Shown piece after piece: positions 1 through 9,877 of a stretch of DNA of 64,000 nucleotides; the stretch's first letter is position 1; each line of letters starts with the position of its first letter. Origin of the DNA: Peptococcaceae bacterium UBA5755. Lineage in GTDB: Bacteria > Bacillota > Dehalobacteriia > UBA4068 > UBA5755. The position numbers were made by a program, and so were the translations under genes. The notes below the pieces were generated by a model. The model saw nothing but the letters and a program-made list of their open reading frames with translations, made no database searches and was not told the DNA's origin. The stretch is from NCBI GenBank assembly GCA_002419005.1, contig DIFF01000012.1, forward strand, positions 17,436-81,435, written 5' to 3'.

Positions 1-277
1 CAAACAAAATCTTCGCCATTTGCTTGGCGAAATAATAGAAAAACAACCCAAACACCATGGCAATGCCCGTTTGGTTAGAAACATAGTAGAAGCCAGCCTT
101 CGCCAACAAGCCGTCCGCCTGGTAGAACAAACAAGCGTCACAAAAGAAGAGCTGCAAATTATAAAAATTTCAGACCTGCCACAAAGCCAGGTAGTGTTTA
201 GCCGTCCGCAAAACCAGCTTACAAAACAAATAAATCAGCACCTAAATAACTGCGTACCGCTTTTTGCCACCTCATAA
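1..277 (+). CDS. AAA+ ATPase, SpoVK/CbbX family (C-terminal fragment; gene starts upstream of the window)
   Basis: Translation ...GNARLVRNIVEASLRQQAVRLVEQ... matches the C-terminal helical lid of SpoVK-type AAA ATPases. The ORF is open to the window edge. Confidence 0.5.
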   Translation, partial: KQNLRHLLGEIIEKQPKHHGNARLVRNIVEASLRQQAVRLVEQTSVTKEELQIIKISDLPQSQVVFSRPQNQLTKQINQHLNNCVPLFATS

Positions 278-309
278 ATTTCAAGCTAATACCTACAAAA
301 CATCTTTTA

Positions 310-1806
310 TTAAAGAAATGCCTTTGTAGAAATACCTTCATAAACTTTTCTGAAATGGAACCCGTAAATTGTAAACCGCACTGCCGCCGGAAACAGCTTC
401 GGATGCCTGAACATCGACCAGAAAAAAAGCTTCCAGTAATACCAGCGCTCCTTCCCCAGAATGCCGAGCCGAAACATGGACCTTATAAACGCCAAAATAT
501 TGGTTACATTCATATTAATACTGATCGGTTTATCGGCATCAAATTCTTTCAAGAAATTACCGACGCGTTCATAATAAAATTTGGGGGAATAAATGGTGGA
601 AACAATGCTTTGATATCCCTCCACCAGCAAATTCTTATCCATTTTAGGGGTAAAATTCATAGTCAAATTTGTATTGTCGCCCGAAAACTCATCTGTCATT
701 CTGCCTTCTTTCAAGAGCCGCTGATACAGCTTTGTACCTTTGGGGGCATTCAGAAGACCAACCATCGCCGTAACAATCCCGCTGTCCTGAATAAATTTGA
801 CCATCCGGCTGAAAATAGTTTCATTGTCGTTATCAAACCCAACAATAAATCCGCCCTGAACCTCCAGCCCAAACCGCTGAATTTTTTTGATGCACGCAAT
901 CAGGTCGCGGCCTTTGTTTTGTATTTTTTTACACTCTAAAAGGCTGTCTTCATCGGGAGTCTCAATTCCGATAAAAACGGAATTAAACCCGGCTTTGACC
1001 ATCATTTTCATCAGATTTTCATCGTCCGAAAGGTTGATAGATGCTTCCGTAAGAAACTGAAAAGGATAATTATGTCGTTCCATCCAGCCTATAATGGCGG
1101 GCAGAACTGCTTCCGTCAACTTTTTTTTATTTCCAATAAAATTATCGTCAACAAAAAAGACGGTGCCTCTCCAGCCGGCTTCATAAATGGCGTCCATCTC
1201 GTTAAGCAGCTGAACGGCATCCTTTGTTCGCGGAATATTACCGTAAAGCGATGTAATGTTGCAGAATTCACAGTTGAAAGGGCAGCCGCGGGAATATTGG
1301 ATGTTCAATGACGCGTATTTTTTAACATTGATTAGATCCCATTGTGGGACAGGGACCGTATCAAGTGCCGGCCATTCCTCCGATGTATATAAATGTTTCG
1401 CATTATTATGCTCCAGATCTTCTATAAAAGGCGGAATCGTAAGTTCGCCCTCGTTTAAAACAAGGTGATCAATGTCGTCGTACAGTTCATATTCGGATGT
1501 AAATAAAGGTCCACCCGCAACCGTTTTGATGCCAAGTTTCCTGCAGCGATCAATCACTTCCCTGACGGAATCCTTCTGGACAACCATGGCGCTTAAAAAA
1601 ACATAATCGGCCCATAAAAGATCATGGTCCGTAAGCTTAGCCACATTCATATCGACAAGTTTTTTCTCATAATGCTTTGGGAGGATCGCCGCAACAGTTA
1701 GAAGCCCAAGGGGCGGAAACGCGGCCTTTTTGGAAATAAAATTCAGAGCATACTGGAATCCCCAGTAAGTAACAGGATTTTCGGGATAGACAAGCAAAAT
1801 TTTCAT
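310..1806 (-). CDS. B12-binding radical SAM protein with a DUF4070-like C-terminal domain
   Basis: N-terminal cobalamin-binding-like segment (MKILLVYPEN...GLL). CxxxCxxC radical SAM motif RGCPFNCEFC. Start placed at the internal ATG (MKIL), which follows a GGAGGA RBS, rather than at the upstream ORF-track start. Confidence 0.8.
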   Translation of the reverse strand: MKILLVYPENPVTYWGFQYALNFISKKAAFPPLGLLTVAAILPKHYEKKLVDMNVAKLTDHDLLWADYVFLSAMVVQKDSVREVIDRCRKLGIKTVAGGPLFTSEYELYDDIDHLVLNEGELTIPPFIEDLEHNNAKHLYTSEEWPALDTVPVPQWDLINVKKYASLNIQYSRGCPFNCEFCNITSLYGNIPRTKDAVQLLNEMDAIYEAGWRGTVFFVDDNFIGNKKKLTEAVLPAIIGWMERHNYPFQFLTEASINLSDDENLMKMMVKAGFNSVFIGIETPDEDSLLECKKIQNKGRDLIACIKKIQRFGLEVQGGFIVGFDNDNETIFSRMVKFIQDSGIVTAMVGLLNAPKGTKLYQRLLKEGRMTDEFSGDNTNLTMNFTPKMDKNLLVEGYQSIVSTIYSPKFYYERVGNFLKEFDADKPISINMNVTNILAFIRSMFRLGILGKERWYYWKLFFWSMFRHPKLFPAAVRFTIYGFHFRKVYEGISTKAFL

Positions 1807-2208
1807 AGTTTCCTCCATTAATTTTAATTTGGGAATATTTTTATAGTCTATCCCGGTTTTGGAGGATCTATCCTTAAACACAAACCCAAAAAACCGCAAT
1901 AAAATATTTACTTTTGTCTTCAGAGTATTTTCATTGTAACACGTATGCGGCCAAATTTATATGAAAATAAAATTTTATTTATGTAAACCAGGCAGGATCG
2001 TCATTATTATATTGAGAAATTTTTTTTCTTCCTTAAAGTACATTTAGCATTTATCCACATATTTATGTTGCATATGCAAATAAATTATGTTAAACTCTAT
2101 ATATTGACAAAAAACAAATAGAATTTTCTTAACTCAAATCTCTTTTTAATGATTTTGGGAAATTTGTTCGAAAATTTGTCCAAAATTTTAATAAGGAGGT
2201 TTTTTGTT

Positions 2209-2334
2209 ATGTTGCAGAATAAAACATTAAAATGCAAAGATTGTGGCATAAATAATGAACCCATCCGTTGCCCTGACTGCCGCAGGACAAAAAAACTAAA
2301 GAAACAGCTAAACAATACTACGTACCGCAGATAA
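2209..2334 (+). CDS. small zinc-ribbon protein (41 aa; CxxC...CxxC)
   Basis: ATG preceded by AAGGAGG (2194-2200) at 8 nt. Translation MLQNKTLKCKDCGINNEPIRCPDCRRTKKLKKQ. It sits just upstream of the DEAD-box helicase leader hairpin. Confidence 0.4.
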   Translation: MLQNKTLKCKDCGINNEPIRCPDCRRTKKLKKQLNNTTYRR

Positions 2335-2341
2335 ATAAAAA

Positions 2342-2384
2342 GAACAGACAGGAGAAAGCTTTTTATGCTTTCTCCTGTCTGTTC
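2342..2384 (+). promoter_or_regulatory. perfect 18-bp stem hairpin in the helicase leader (attenuator/terminator-like)
   Basis: gaacagacaggagaaagc-tttttat-gctttctcctgtctgttc. Not followed by a clear U-tract. Lies between the small ORF and the helicase RBS. Confidence 0.45.
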
Positions 2385-2406
2385 GTCAAACAGTAAAGAG
2401 GAGAAA

Positions 2407-3567
2407 ATGAGAATAATAGAATTTAATCAAATGAATTTATCCCCCGCAATTTTAGGCGCAGTCCAAAAAAAAGGCTATCAGACCTGCACCCCAGTGCAGT
2501 CCAAGTCGATCCCGCCTTTGATGGAATATAAGGATCTGATCGCCAAGGCGCCGACTGGCACAGGAAAAACGCTTGCTTTTGGCATACCGATTATTGAGCA
2601 TATTGACACCCAAAACGAACAGATCCAGGCATTGATTCTTGCGCCGACCCGTGAACTTGCAATCCAGATATGTACCGAGCTTAAGGACCTCGCTAAATTC
2701 AAACAAGGCGTCAGGTCTTTGTGCATCTATGGCGGGCAGTCGTTCGACCGGCAGCTCATGCTGCTGAAGAAACACCCGCAGATCATTGTCGCGACGCCTG
2801 GCAGATTAAAGGACCATCTGAACCGGAGAACAATCCGGCTCACGGGCGTGCAGACGGTGGTGCTTGACGAGGCCGACCGAATGCTCGACATGGGCTTTTA
2901 CAAAGAGGTTACCAGCATTCTCGATTTGATGCCGGGCCGGAAAAATTTGGCGCTTTTGTCGGCAACCATATCACGCAAAGTGATGACAATCGGCTGGATG
3001 TATCAGCGCGACCCTGTTGAAGTGACTGTTTTGGAAGATACCGGCAACAAGCCGGACATCCGCCAATACAGCTTAAAAGCGTCCGAATCGGAAAAAACAG
3101 GGCTGCTTTCCTGTATCATAAATGCGGAGGGCTATAAACGCACGCTCGTGTTTTGCAATACAAAACGCAAAGTCGAAAGGGTTTCAAAATCGTTAAAGAG
3201 CAAAGGATTCGCGGTGGATTGTATCCATGGCGACATCAAGCAAAACATTCGCGAAAAAGTTTTGCAAACATTTCGAAAGGGCGCTCTTGATATCTTGGTC
3301 GCAACAGATGTGGCGGCTCGCGGAATCGACGTGGAAGGAATCGATACCGTGTTTAATTACGATATCCCTGAAGAAAACGAATATTACATACACCGAATCG
3401 GAAGGACGGGACGTGCAAAAAGTCATGGGGCTTCATACACGTTTGTATCAAGCCACGCTGATATGGCACGTCTGAAAGATATTATCAAATACACAAAATC
3501 GCAGATTAACCAGATTCCTGCGGAAAGTATTGCCCAAAAGCTGCCCGGCAAAGTATTAGGCTTATAG
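2407..3567 (+). CDS. DEAD-box ATP-dependent RNA helicase (core only, no C-terminal extension)
   Basis: Motifs AKAPTGTGKT (Walker A), VLDEADRMLDMGF (DEAD), LLSAT (SAT), HRIGRTGRAG. Start at ATG 2407 after AAAGAGGAGAAA. The ORF-track start at 2365 lies inside the leader hairpin. Confidence 0.85.
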   Translation: MRIIEFNQMNLSPAILGAVQKKGYQTCTPVQSKSIPPLMEYKDLIAKAPTGTGKTLAFGIPIIEHIDTQNEQIQALILAPTRELAIQICTELKDLAKFKQGVRSLCIYGGQSFDRQLMLLKKHPQIIVATPGRLKDHLNRRTIRLTGVQTVVLDEADRMLDMGFYKEVTSILDLMPGRKNLALLSATISRKVMTIGWMYQRDPVEVTVLEDTGNKPDIRQYSLKASESEKTGLLSCIINAEGYKRTLVFCNTKRKVERVSKSLKSKGFAVDCIHGDIKQNIREKVLQTFRKGALDILVATDVAARGIDVEGIDTVFNYDIPEENEYYIHRIGRTGRAKSHGASYTFVSSHADMARLKDIIKYTKSQINQIPAESIAQKLPGKVLGL

Positions 3568-3588
3568 TTAAATATTTTATGGCTTTAA

Positions 3589-3618
3589 GGCTCTGGTTTT
3601 ACAACCAGAGCCTTTTTT
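3589..3618 (+). terminator. rho-independent terminator
   Basis: ggctctggtt-ttac-aaccagagcc followed by TTTTTT. Confidence 0.7.
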
Positions 3619-3832
3619 ATGGATGATTCAACTCCTCGTTACGTTATTAGCGCTTACATTATTTCCAGTAATAATATTAATTGATAACTAATATTATCAA
3701 AGTGTAGTTACCCTTTTTGTTATACAAATATTCAAATAAATGGAAACAAAAACTACTTTATAATAGTCTTATTATTTGTAATATGTTAAAATTGGGGTAA
3801 TTAAAAAATAATTAAGATAGGTGGTTATTATT

Positions 3833-6800
3833 ATGGGTCAAGGAAAAGCAAAAAGCAAATATGTTGTATCCATTATCATAGGTTTGTTAGTAGTTTTGGC
3901 CGTGGCCTTCGTAGCCTTCATACAAAACAAAAATGATGCAGAGTCAGCTCTTGCGGCTAATATTTCCATCACGGCAGCGGCAGAAAACGAAAACGGTATC
4001 GACCCATCCCAAGGTTTCATAATCACCAGCTCAGAAGAGCTAAGCCACAAGCTGATTAGCCAATACTTAAAAACCCAGCCGGCCTTCGAATACACAATAG
4101 AAGATATGCCGGAGGGCTATTCTTATTTAATTTTGCCTAATGCCCAATTAAAACCCAACAGTATCTATCAGCTAATTTTTGATCCTTCCGGAGGTGAAAG
4201 ATCGGAATATCAATGGGCTTTCCAAACCAACAAAACTTTTGGCGTCAAACAAACCCTGCCAAGCGACCAATCTTCTCAAGTACCCACCAACACCGGCATA
4301 GAAATTACCTTCAACCAATCCGGCTTTACCTTAGAAGATGCCGAAGCAGCTTTTTCAATTGAGCCGGCAGTCAATGGTACTTTTGAAAAGAATGATGCTA
4401 CTCTCATCTTCATTCCCAAAGAAGAACTGCAGGAAGATACCATATACACTGTAACAATCAGCAAATCTTTTGGCCTGGCTGATTCTAGCAGCACCTTGCC
4501 GAGCGATCTTACCTTTAAATTTGCTACTAATTCCACTAGTGCCTACACAGACTACGACTCTATATATATAGATCAGGCTAATCAAAACACCTCATTTTCT
4601 TTAACTCAAGCCCCCATATTTAATTTCTACATCTGGAGCAACATAAGCTTAACCAGCGATGTAACGATATATAAATATTCAGAAACCGAAAACTATGTAA
4701 CAGATTTGCAAAAATCAACAGAAAACTACTGGAGCAATGTTTATAACGAATTAGATAAAACAAATTTAAACAAAGCAGCAAATTTTTCAGCAGATTTAAT
4801 AAAAGTTGATTATAATGCCTACCTGCAATTTCCTGATACTTTGGAAAAAGGTTATTATGTGGCCGAAATAGTATTTAAAGATAAGTCAAACCCTGATTCC
4901 GGCTACACCAAAACCGCCTGCATTTGGTTCCAAGTCACAAATCTGTCAGCCTATTTTGCCTATCAGTATAACGAAGGTATAGTTTGGTTGCATAATATAG
5001 AAACAGGCCAAACCGCGAGCAATGCCAGCCTCACTTTAAGCTGGAAGGACGAAAAACTAGCAGCAGATGCCGACGGAGTAGCATATTTTGAAACAAATTT
5101 TGATTCAGACACTGTCTCTGCTTATGAATACAACTGGTATTACAATTATCCATCATACAACAGCTGGTGGGGGCAAGGTAAATATATTTTGGCTCAATCA
5201 GGTGATTATGAGCTTGTTCTCTGTCCTACCGATTACTACTATTCTCATTATTACACTGCCAGCCAAAACTACTGGAAATATTTTTACCTGGATAGAAACA
5301 TCTACCGGCCAGGTGACACTGTCAATTTCTGGGGTCTTGTGCAAGGTCGCACCCAAACAACAGAAAACCCAAGCAAAGTAACCATTAAGCTTTCTGGTGG
5401 CAACATCAGCTCCAACAGTAGTTTTGAAACCGAGGTAAATGTAACAAACGGCATGTTTGAGGGCAGCTACACCTTGCCGCAGTTGCAAAACGGCTACTAT
5501 TATTTAACCATTTTTGTAGATGACCAAGTAATAGACACCAACTACTTAACTGTAGAGCAATATGAAAAACCGGCCTACAGCATCAGCCTAGAGACCGACA
5601 AAAAAGCCGTCTTTGTGGGGGATACAATTAACTGGACGGCCACTGCAACTTATTTTGAAGGTACCCCGCTGGCAAATTTAGGCTTAACTTTTGGCTACTC
5701 CTGGGAAGAAAACAATCAAAAGAAAACCACCAATGCTCAGGGTCAAGCAACTTTCCAAACCACCGGAACAACCTATTCAGATAATTATATAAACACCAAC
5801 TACAACATGATTTATGCCACCCTGCCAGAAAGCGGGGAAATAACCGGGGAAACCAGCATAATGGTCTTTCCAAGTGCCATTGATGTAGAAAGTAAAACAG
5901 TAAAAGAGGAGGATAAACTGGATATCTCCCTCACAGCCTACAATATAGATCTTTCTATCATTAACAACAGCACAGACACCATAAACATTTATGATGAAGA
6001 CCACATTTACCGCAACGGCATAGCTAGTGGAACAAAACTAAATGTAGAACTCCTTAAAGATACCTGGAAAAAGGTAGAATCCGGTTCTTATTATGATTAT
6101 TACACCAAAACCATACAAAAATCATATTCCTACGAATACAAGCAAGTTAAAGAAAATACCTGGCAAATAACTACCGATGCCAATGGTAAAGCTAATATAT
6201 CTTACACCCTGTCTGACCCAAACACTTCATACAGCCTTAAGATCACCGGTCAAGATAAACAAGGACGTACCTTTACCTATTGGTGCTATGTGTCAAATCC
6301 TTACTCTAATTACAGAAGCTGGTCCGACTATATTTACATGACCTTGGGCGAAAAGGAATCCTTCAAAGTAGGGGAAACCGTATCAGCCACCCTTATTCAA
6401 AATGACGGCACCAGCCTAAAAGTGGCAGATAAAGGCAGCATATTATATACCCGCACCAGAGACCATCTGTTGGATTACACAGTTTCCGATTCGCCTAATT
6501 TTAGCTTTGAATTTAAAGAAGAAGAAATACCAAATGTCAACCTAAATGCCGTATACTTCGACGGCAGAAACTATAAAACCATATCTTCTCAAGTAATGGC
6601 GTATTTTAACCCGGAAGAAAAGGCCTTAACCACCGAAATAACAACAGATAAAACAGAATATAAACCTGGCGACACAGTGACACTGTCTGTAACTTTAAAA
6701 GATTATACCGGCAAACCAATTGCCGGTCGTATCAACCTAAACCTGGTAGACGAAGCAATCTATGCCATGATGGACCAAAATGTCGACTTCTTAAATCAGC

Positions 6801-8875
6801 TGTATAGTGACACTTTCCACAATTATTATACCGAAAGCATAACCCACAAGGCCGATGCCACCGCACAAGATGCTAGGGGCGGTGCGGAAGGCGGTGGGGA
6901 AGGAGAGTCCTCCATACGAACCGAATTTTTAGACACAGTGCTTTTTAAAACTATAGAAGTCGGTTCAAACGGCAAAGGGGAAGTTAGCTTTGAGCTGCCA
7001 GACAATCTAACCTCCTGGCGGGTAACCTGGCATGCTTTAGCCAACAACTTGCAGGTAGGGAGTGGTACCAGTGCTATCGTAGTGCGGCAAGATTTCTTCG
7101 CTGAAATTCGGGTAAATAGCACTTACCTTGCCGGTGACAAAGTAATAGTTGGGCTGCGTTCTGCCGGCCTCAACCTCTCCAGTGCCATGGTAGAATATAC
7201 CCTTAGTCTGCAACAAACCGATGCCGCAGGCAATACCCAACTGTTGTGGCAAAACACCTCCACTGGTACTCCCAACACTTGGGTGGACAATCAGCTGCCG
7301 GAGATTGAAGCCGGTACTTACACCATAGAAGTGGCCGCAAAACAAGGCACATATTCCGATGCTCTGCGTAAAACCTTTACGGTAATAGAATCCTACCATA
7401 TGCAGAATATAGCCCAAAAGGTCACTCTGACAGATAGCCTAAGGCCTGTTGGCAGCACTACCGGCCTTACCAACCTGGTTTTTGCCAACTATAATCAATG
7501 CACAACCTTACAAGGTCTTTACCAATTGTGGTGTGCCGGCAAAACTAGAGTAGAGCAGCAAATAGCATCTAACCAAGCCGCCTTGCTTCTTGCCGAATAT
7601 TTCGAAATGGATACTAATGCAGAAAAACTTAATCTTTCCGATTATCAAAAATCTGATGGCGGCATTGCATATCTCTCATACAGCGATTCAAGTATTAGCA
7701 CCAGTGCTTTGGTAGCAGCCATTGCTCCAGAATATTTTGATACAAACGCCCTAGCAAATTATTTTAACAACTTGCTGGAGAGCGAGGATATTTGTGATCA
7801 AATAAATACTAAAACAACTAGTGAAACAGCTGAAAGAGCAAATACAACCCTCTTGGATGCCTCAAATTCCGTAGAAATATCCGAAGCATTGCTTGGTCTT
7901 GCTGCTTTAAATGAACCCATTTTATATCAAGTCCGCAATTTAGCTGCTGAAAAAGAGCTTCCGGTCTTAACCAAAATCAACCTGGCTTTGGCTCTGTATT
8001 ATCTGGGCGACCATGCCAATGCTAAAGCCATGTATGATACACTGATAGCAAGCTACGGAGAAGACTTAGGCGATACAATGCGGATGCGCGTTTCTTCAGA
8101 TGAAATGGATGATATTTACATTGCAACAGCCAGAATGAGTCTTTTAGCCAGCCTTTTTAACACTGAAGAAGCCGACAAGCTTTATCAGTACATCCTTCAG
8201 AATACCGGTGAAAAAGACCGTTGCATCTTAGAACAGCTTGGCATTTTGCAAGCTCGCCTGACTAACGATAAAAACTACACAGACGTCTCTTTCACATATA
8301 CAGTAAACGATAAAACAGAAACCGTAAAATTAGAAAAAGGTCAGCAATATGCTTTAACGCTAACCGCTGAAGAACTCACCGAAATCAAGTTTAAAAACAT
8401 CGAAGGCAATGTGGGAATTGTATCATATTATCAAAAACCTGGCCTGCCAACGGCAAGCCAAGGTAGCGGCACCGATGGCATAAAAATCAGTCGCACTTAC
8501 AGTGCGGGTGGTAAAACCGGCACCGAGTTTAGCCAAAACAGCCTAATCAAAATAGAAATAAATTATACCAGAGCTAAACCGGCCTCCAATGGGCTTTATA
8601 AGGTAGTAGATATTCTACCGGCCGGGCTCAAGCTGGTATCAACAGGAGAAAGCACTTATCTATCACACGAGGAAGGCCAACGCCTCACATTCTCTGTTTA
8701 TGTAAATGACGACGCCATTAAGTACGGCGGCAAAGATAATCGGCAAGGCACCCTAACATATTATGCCAGGGTATCTTCACCAGGCACTTTTACGGCAGAG
8801 GCTCCATATATTTCCCTGGATTCTTTAGATGCTCTCTATACTCTGGGTGAACCCGCCACAATCAGCATAAAATAA
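3833..8875 (+). CDS. membrane-anchored alpha-2-macroglobulin (A2M)/MG-domain family protein, about 1680 aa, apparently lacking a canonical CxEQ thioester
   Basis: N-terminal TM helix (IIGLLVVLAVAFVAFI). Repeated Ig/MG-like beta domains. A2M-type motifs LNLVDEAIYAM and PDNLTSWRVTWHALA. TED-like YQKSDGGIAYLSY. No CGEQ/CLEQ spacing found (only C-I-L-E-Q). AGGTGG RBS lies 9 nt before ATG 3833. Confidence 0.6.
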   Translation: MGQGKAKSKYVVSIIIGLLVVLAVAFVAFIQNKNDAESALAANISITAAAENENGIDPSQGFIITSSEELSHKLISQYLKTQPAFEYTIEDMPEGYSYLILPNAQLKPNSIYQLIFDPSGGERSEYQWAFQTNKTFGVKQTLPSDQSSQVPTNTGIEITFNQSGFTLEDAEAAFSIEPAVNGTFEKNDATLIFIPKEELQEDTIYTVTISKSFGLADSSSTLPSDLTFKFATNSTSAYTDYDSIYIDQANQNTSFSLTQAPIFNFYIWSNISLTSDVTIYKYSETENYVTDLQKSTENYWSNVYNELDKTNLNKAANFSADLIKVDYNAYLQFPDTLEKGYYVAEIVFKDKSNPDSGYTKTACIWFQVTNLSAYFAYQYNEGIVWLHNIETGQTASNASLTLSWKDEKLAADADGVAYFETNFDSDTVSAYEYNWYYNYPSYNSWWGQGKYILAQSGDYELVLCPTDYYYSHYYTASQNYWKYFYLDRNIYRPGDTVNFWGLVQGRTQTTENPSKVTIKLSGGNISSNSSFETEVNVTNGMFEGSYTLPQLQNGYYYLTIFVDDQVIDTNYLTVEQYEKPAYSISLETDKKAVFVGDTINWTATATYFEGTPLANLGLTFGYSWEENNQKKTTNAQGQATFQTTGTTYSDNYINTNYNMIYATLPESGEITGETSIMVFPSAIDVESKTVKEEDKLDISLTAYNIDLSIINNSTDTINIYDEDHIYRNGIASGTKLNVELLKDTWKKVESGSYYDYYTKTIQKSYSYEYKQVKENTWQITTDANGKANISYTLSDPNTSYSLKITGQDKQGRTFTYWCYVSNPYSNYRSWSDYIYMTLGEKESFKVGETVSATLIQNDGTSLKVADKGSILYTRTRDHLLDYTVSDSPNFSFEFKEEEIPNVNLNAVYFDGRNYKTISSQVMAYFNPEEKALTTEITTDKTEYKPGDTVTLSVTLKDYTGKPIAGRINLNLVDEAIYAMMDQNVDFLNQLYSDTFHNYYTESITHKADATAQDARGGAEGGGEGESSIRTEFLDTVLFKTIEVGSNGKGEVSFELPDNLTSWRVTWHALANNLQVGSGTSAIVVRQDFFAEIRVNSTYLAGDKVIVGLRSAGLNLSSAMVEYTLSLQQTDAAGNTQLLWQNTSTGTPNTWVDNQLPEIEAGTYTIEVAAKQGTYSDALRKTFTVIESYHMQNIAQKVTLTDSLRPVGSTTGLTNLVFANYNQCTTLQGLYQLWCAGKTRVEQQIASNQAALLLAEYFEMDTNAEKLNLSDYQKSDGGIAYLSYSDSSISTSALVAAIAPEYFDTNALANYFNNLLESEDICDQINTKTTSETAERANTTLLDASNSVEISEALLGLAALNEPILYQVRNLAAEKELPVLTKINLALALYYLGDHANAKAMYDTLIASYGEDLGDTMRMRVSSDEMDDIYIATARMSLLASLFNTEEADKLYQYILQNTGEKDRCILEQLGILQARLTNDKNYTDVSFTYTVNDKTETVKLEKGQQYALTLTAEELTEIKFKNIEGNVGIVSYYQKPGLPTASQGSGTDGIKISRTYSAGGKTGTEFSQNSLIKIEINYTRAKPASNGLYKVVDILPAGLKLVSTGESTYLSHEEGQRLTFSVYVNDDAIKYGGKDNRQGTLTYYARVSSPGTFTAEAPYISLDSLDALYTLGEPATISIK

Positions 8876-8886
8876 AATACAATACA

Positions 8887-9837
8887 ATGATCAACCTATC
8901 CGCAAACAAATTACAAACAAAGGCCAAGGGTAGCTTTAAGCTACCCTTGGCTCTATTTATTTTGCTTTTAACTGCAACCCTGCTTTTTTTGTCTGCCTGC
9001 AACCACACAAAAGAAATAACCCAGCAAAATGCAGGTAAAAGTAACCAAATAGCAAATAATATAATAGTGAATACCGACTCTTTTTTAAGTCAAGATCAAT
9101 TCACCAAAAGCATCTATAATGTAAAAATTAACGACCAAACAACCAATTATTTGGGCATTGTGGTGCCGCATCACAATGTGGCAAGCAACCTAATTGCTGA
9201 AGCCGTAGAAATATTGAGCAGGCAACAGCCAAAAATCGTGTTCATAGTGGGCCCCAACCACAAAAATGTCGGTTCCCCCATAACAACAGATTTCATTCAA
9301 TGGCAGACCACAAGCGGCACCAGTTATCCGGCCACACAAACAATAACAGAGCTGATAAACAGCAAAATAGCAGTAAAAGATGAAAACAACATTTTTGCCA
9401 CCGAGCATTCCATCGGCACAATAATGCCTTTTGTAAACTATTACATACCAAAAGCCGAGATAATACCTATCGTTTTGCACTACCAAATATCTTTAGAACA
9501 AATAAAAGAGTTGGCAGAATTTTTGAAACCCCATCTAGAGGAGGGGGCAGTTCTAATTGCCTCCATAGATTTTTCCCACGGTCTGGATATGGCAAAAGCA
9601 GTCGAAAGAGATGCAATAACACAAAAACTAATGGAAAAATACGCCATTAAGGAACTAATGCAGCTTGATAACACCTATTTGGATGCCCCGGGGGTGCTGG
9701 CCCTCATCCTTACCCTTTCTCAAGGGGTGGGAGATGCAAACTTTACAATCCTTGCCAACACTAATGCCGGCAAAATTTTAAACATCACAAACCAAGAGGT
9801 CACAAGCTATTTTACCTTGCTTTTTACCAACAAATAG
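8887..9837 (+). CDS. Memo-like (AmmeMemoRadiSam system protein B family) lipoprotein
   Basis: Lipobox LFLSAC. Memo-like motifs GIVVPHHNVAS, IVGPNH, EHSIGTIMPF, SIDFSHG, ANTNAG. Confidence 0.5.
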   Translation: MINLSANKLQTKAKGSFKLPLALFILLLTATLLFLSACNHTKEITQQNAGKSNQIANNIIVNTDSFLSQDQFTKSIYNVKINDQTTNYLGIVVPHHNVASNLIAEAVEILSRQQPKIVFIVGPNHKNVGSPITTDFIQWQTTSGTSYPATQTITELINSKIAVKDENNIFATEHSIGTIMPFVNYYIPKAEIIPIVLHYQISLEQIKELAEFLKPHLEEGAVLIASIDFSHGLDMAKAVERDAITQKLMEKYAIKELMQLDNTYLDAPGVLALILTLSQGVGDANFTILANTNAGKILNITNQEVTSYFTLLFTNK

Positions 9838-9877
9838 TTTTTATATAATTACACATAATATCAAATGAGGTGCACAA

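Noticed and set aside
355-939. Antisense or nested ORFs inside long genes (355-939 + inside the radical SAM gene; 15136-16548 + inside the molybdoenzyme genes; 48353-49675 + inside purD/purH; 39613-41187 + inside ligA, and others)
   Set aside because: They fully overlap strongly supported genes on the opposite strand. They lack RBSs and have low-complexity translations, typical of shadow ORFs.
7990-8260. CILEQ in the A2M-like protein as a possible thioester
   Set aside because: The A2M thioester is C-x-E-Q (CGEQ/CLEQ). Here there are two residues between C and EQ, and the motif lies far from the expected TED position. The protein is treated as thioester-less.
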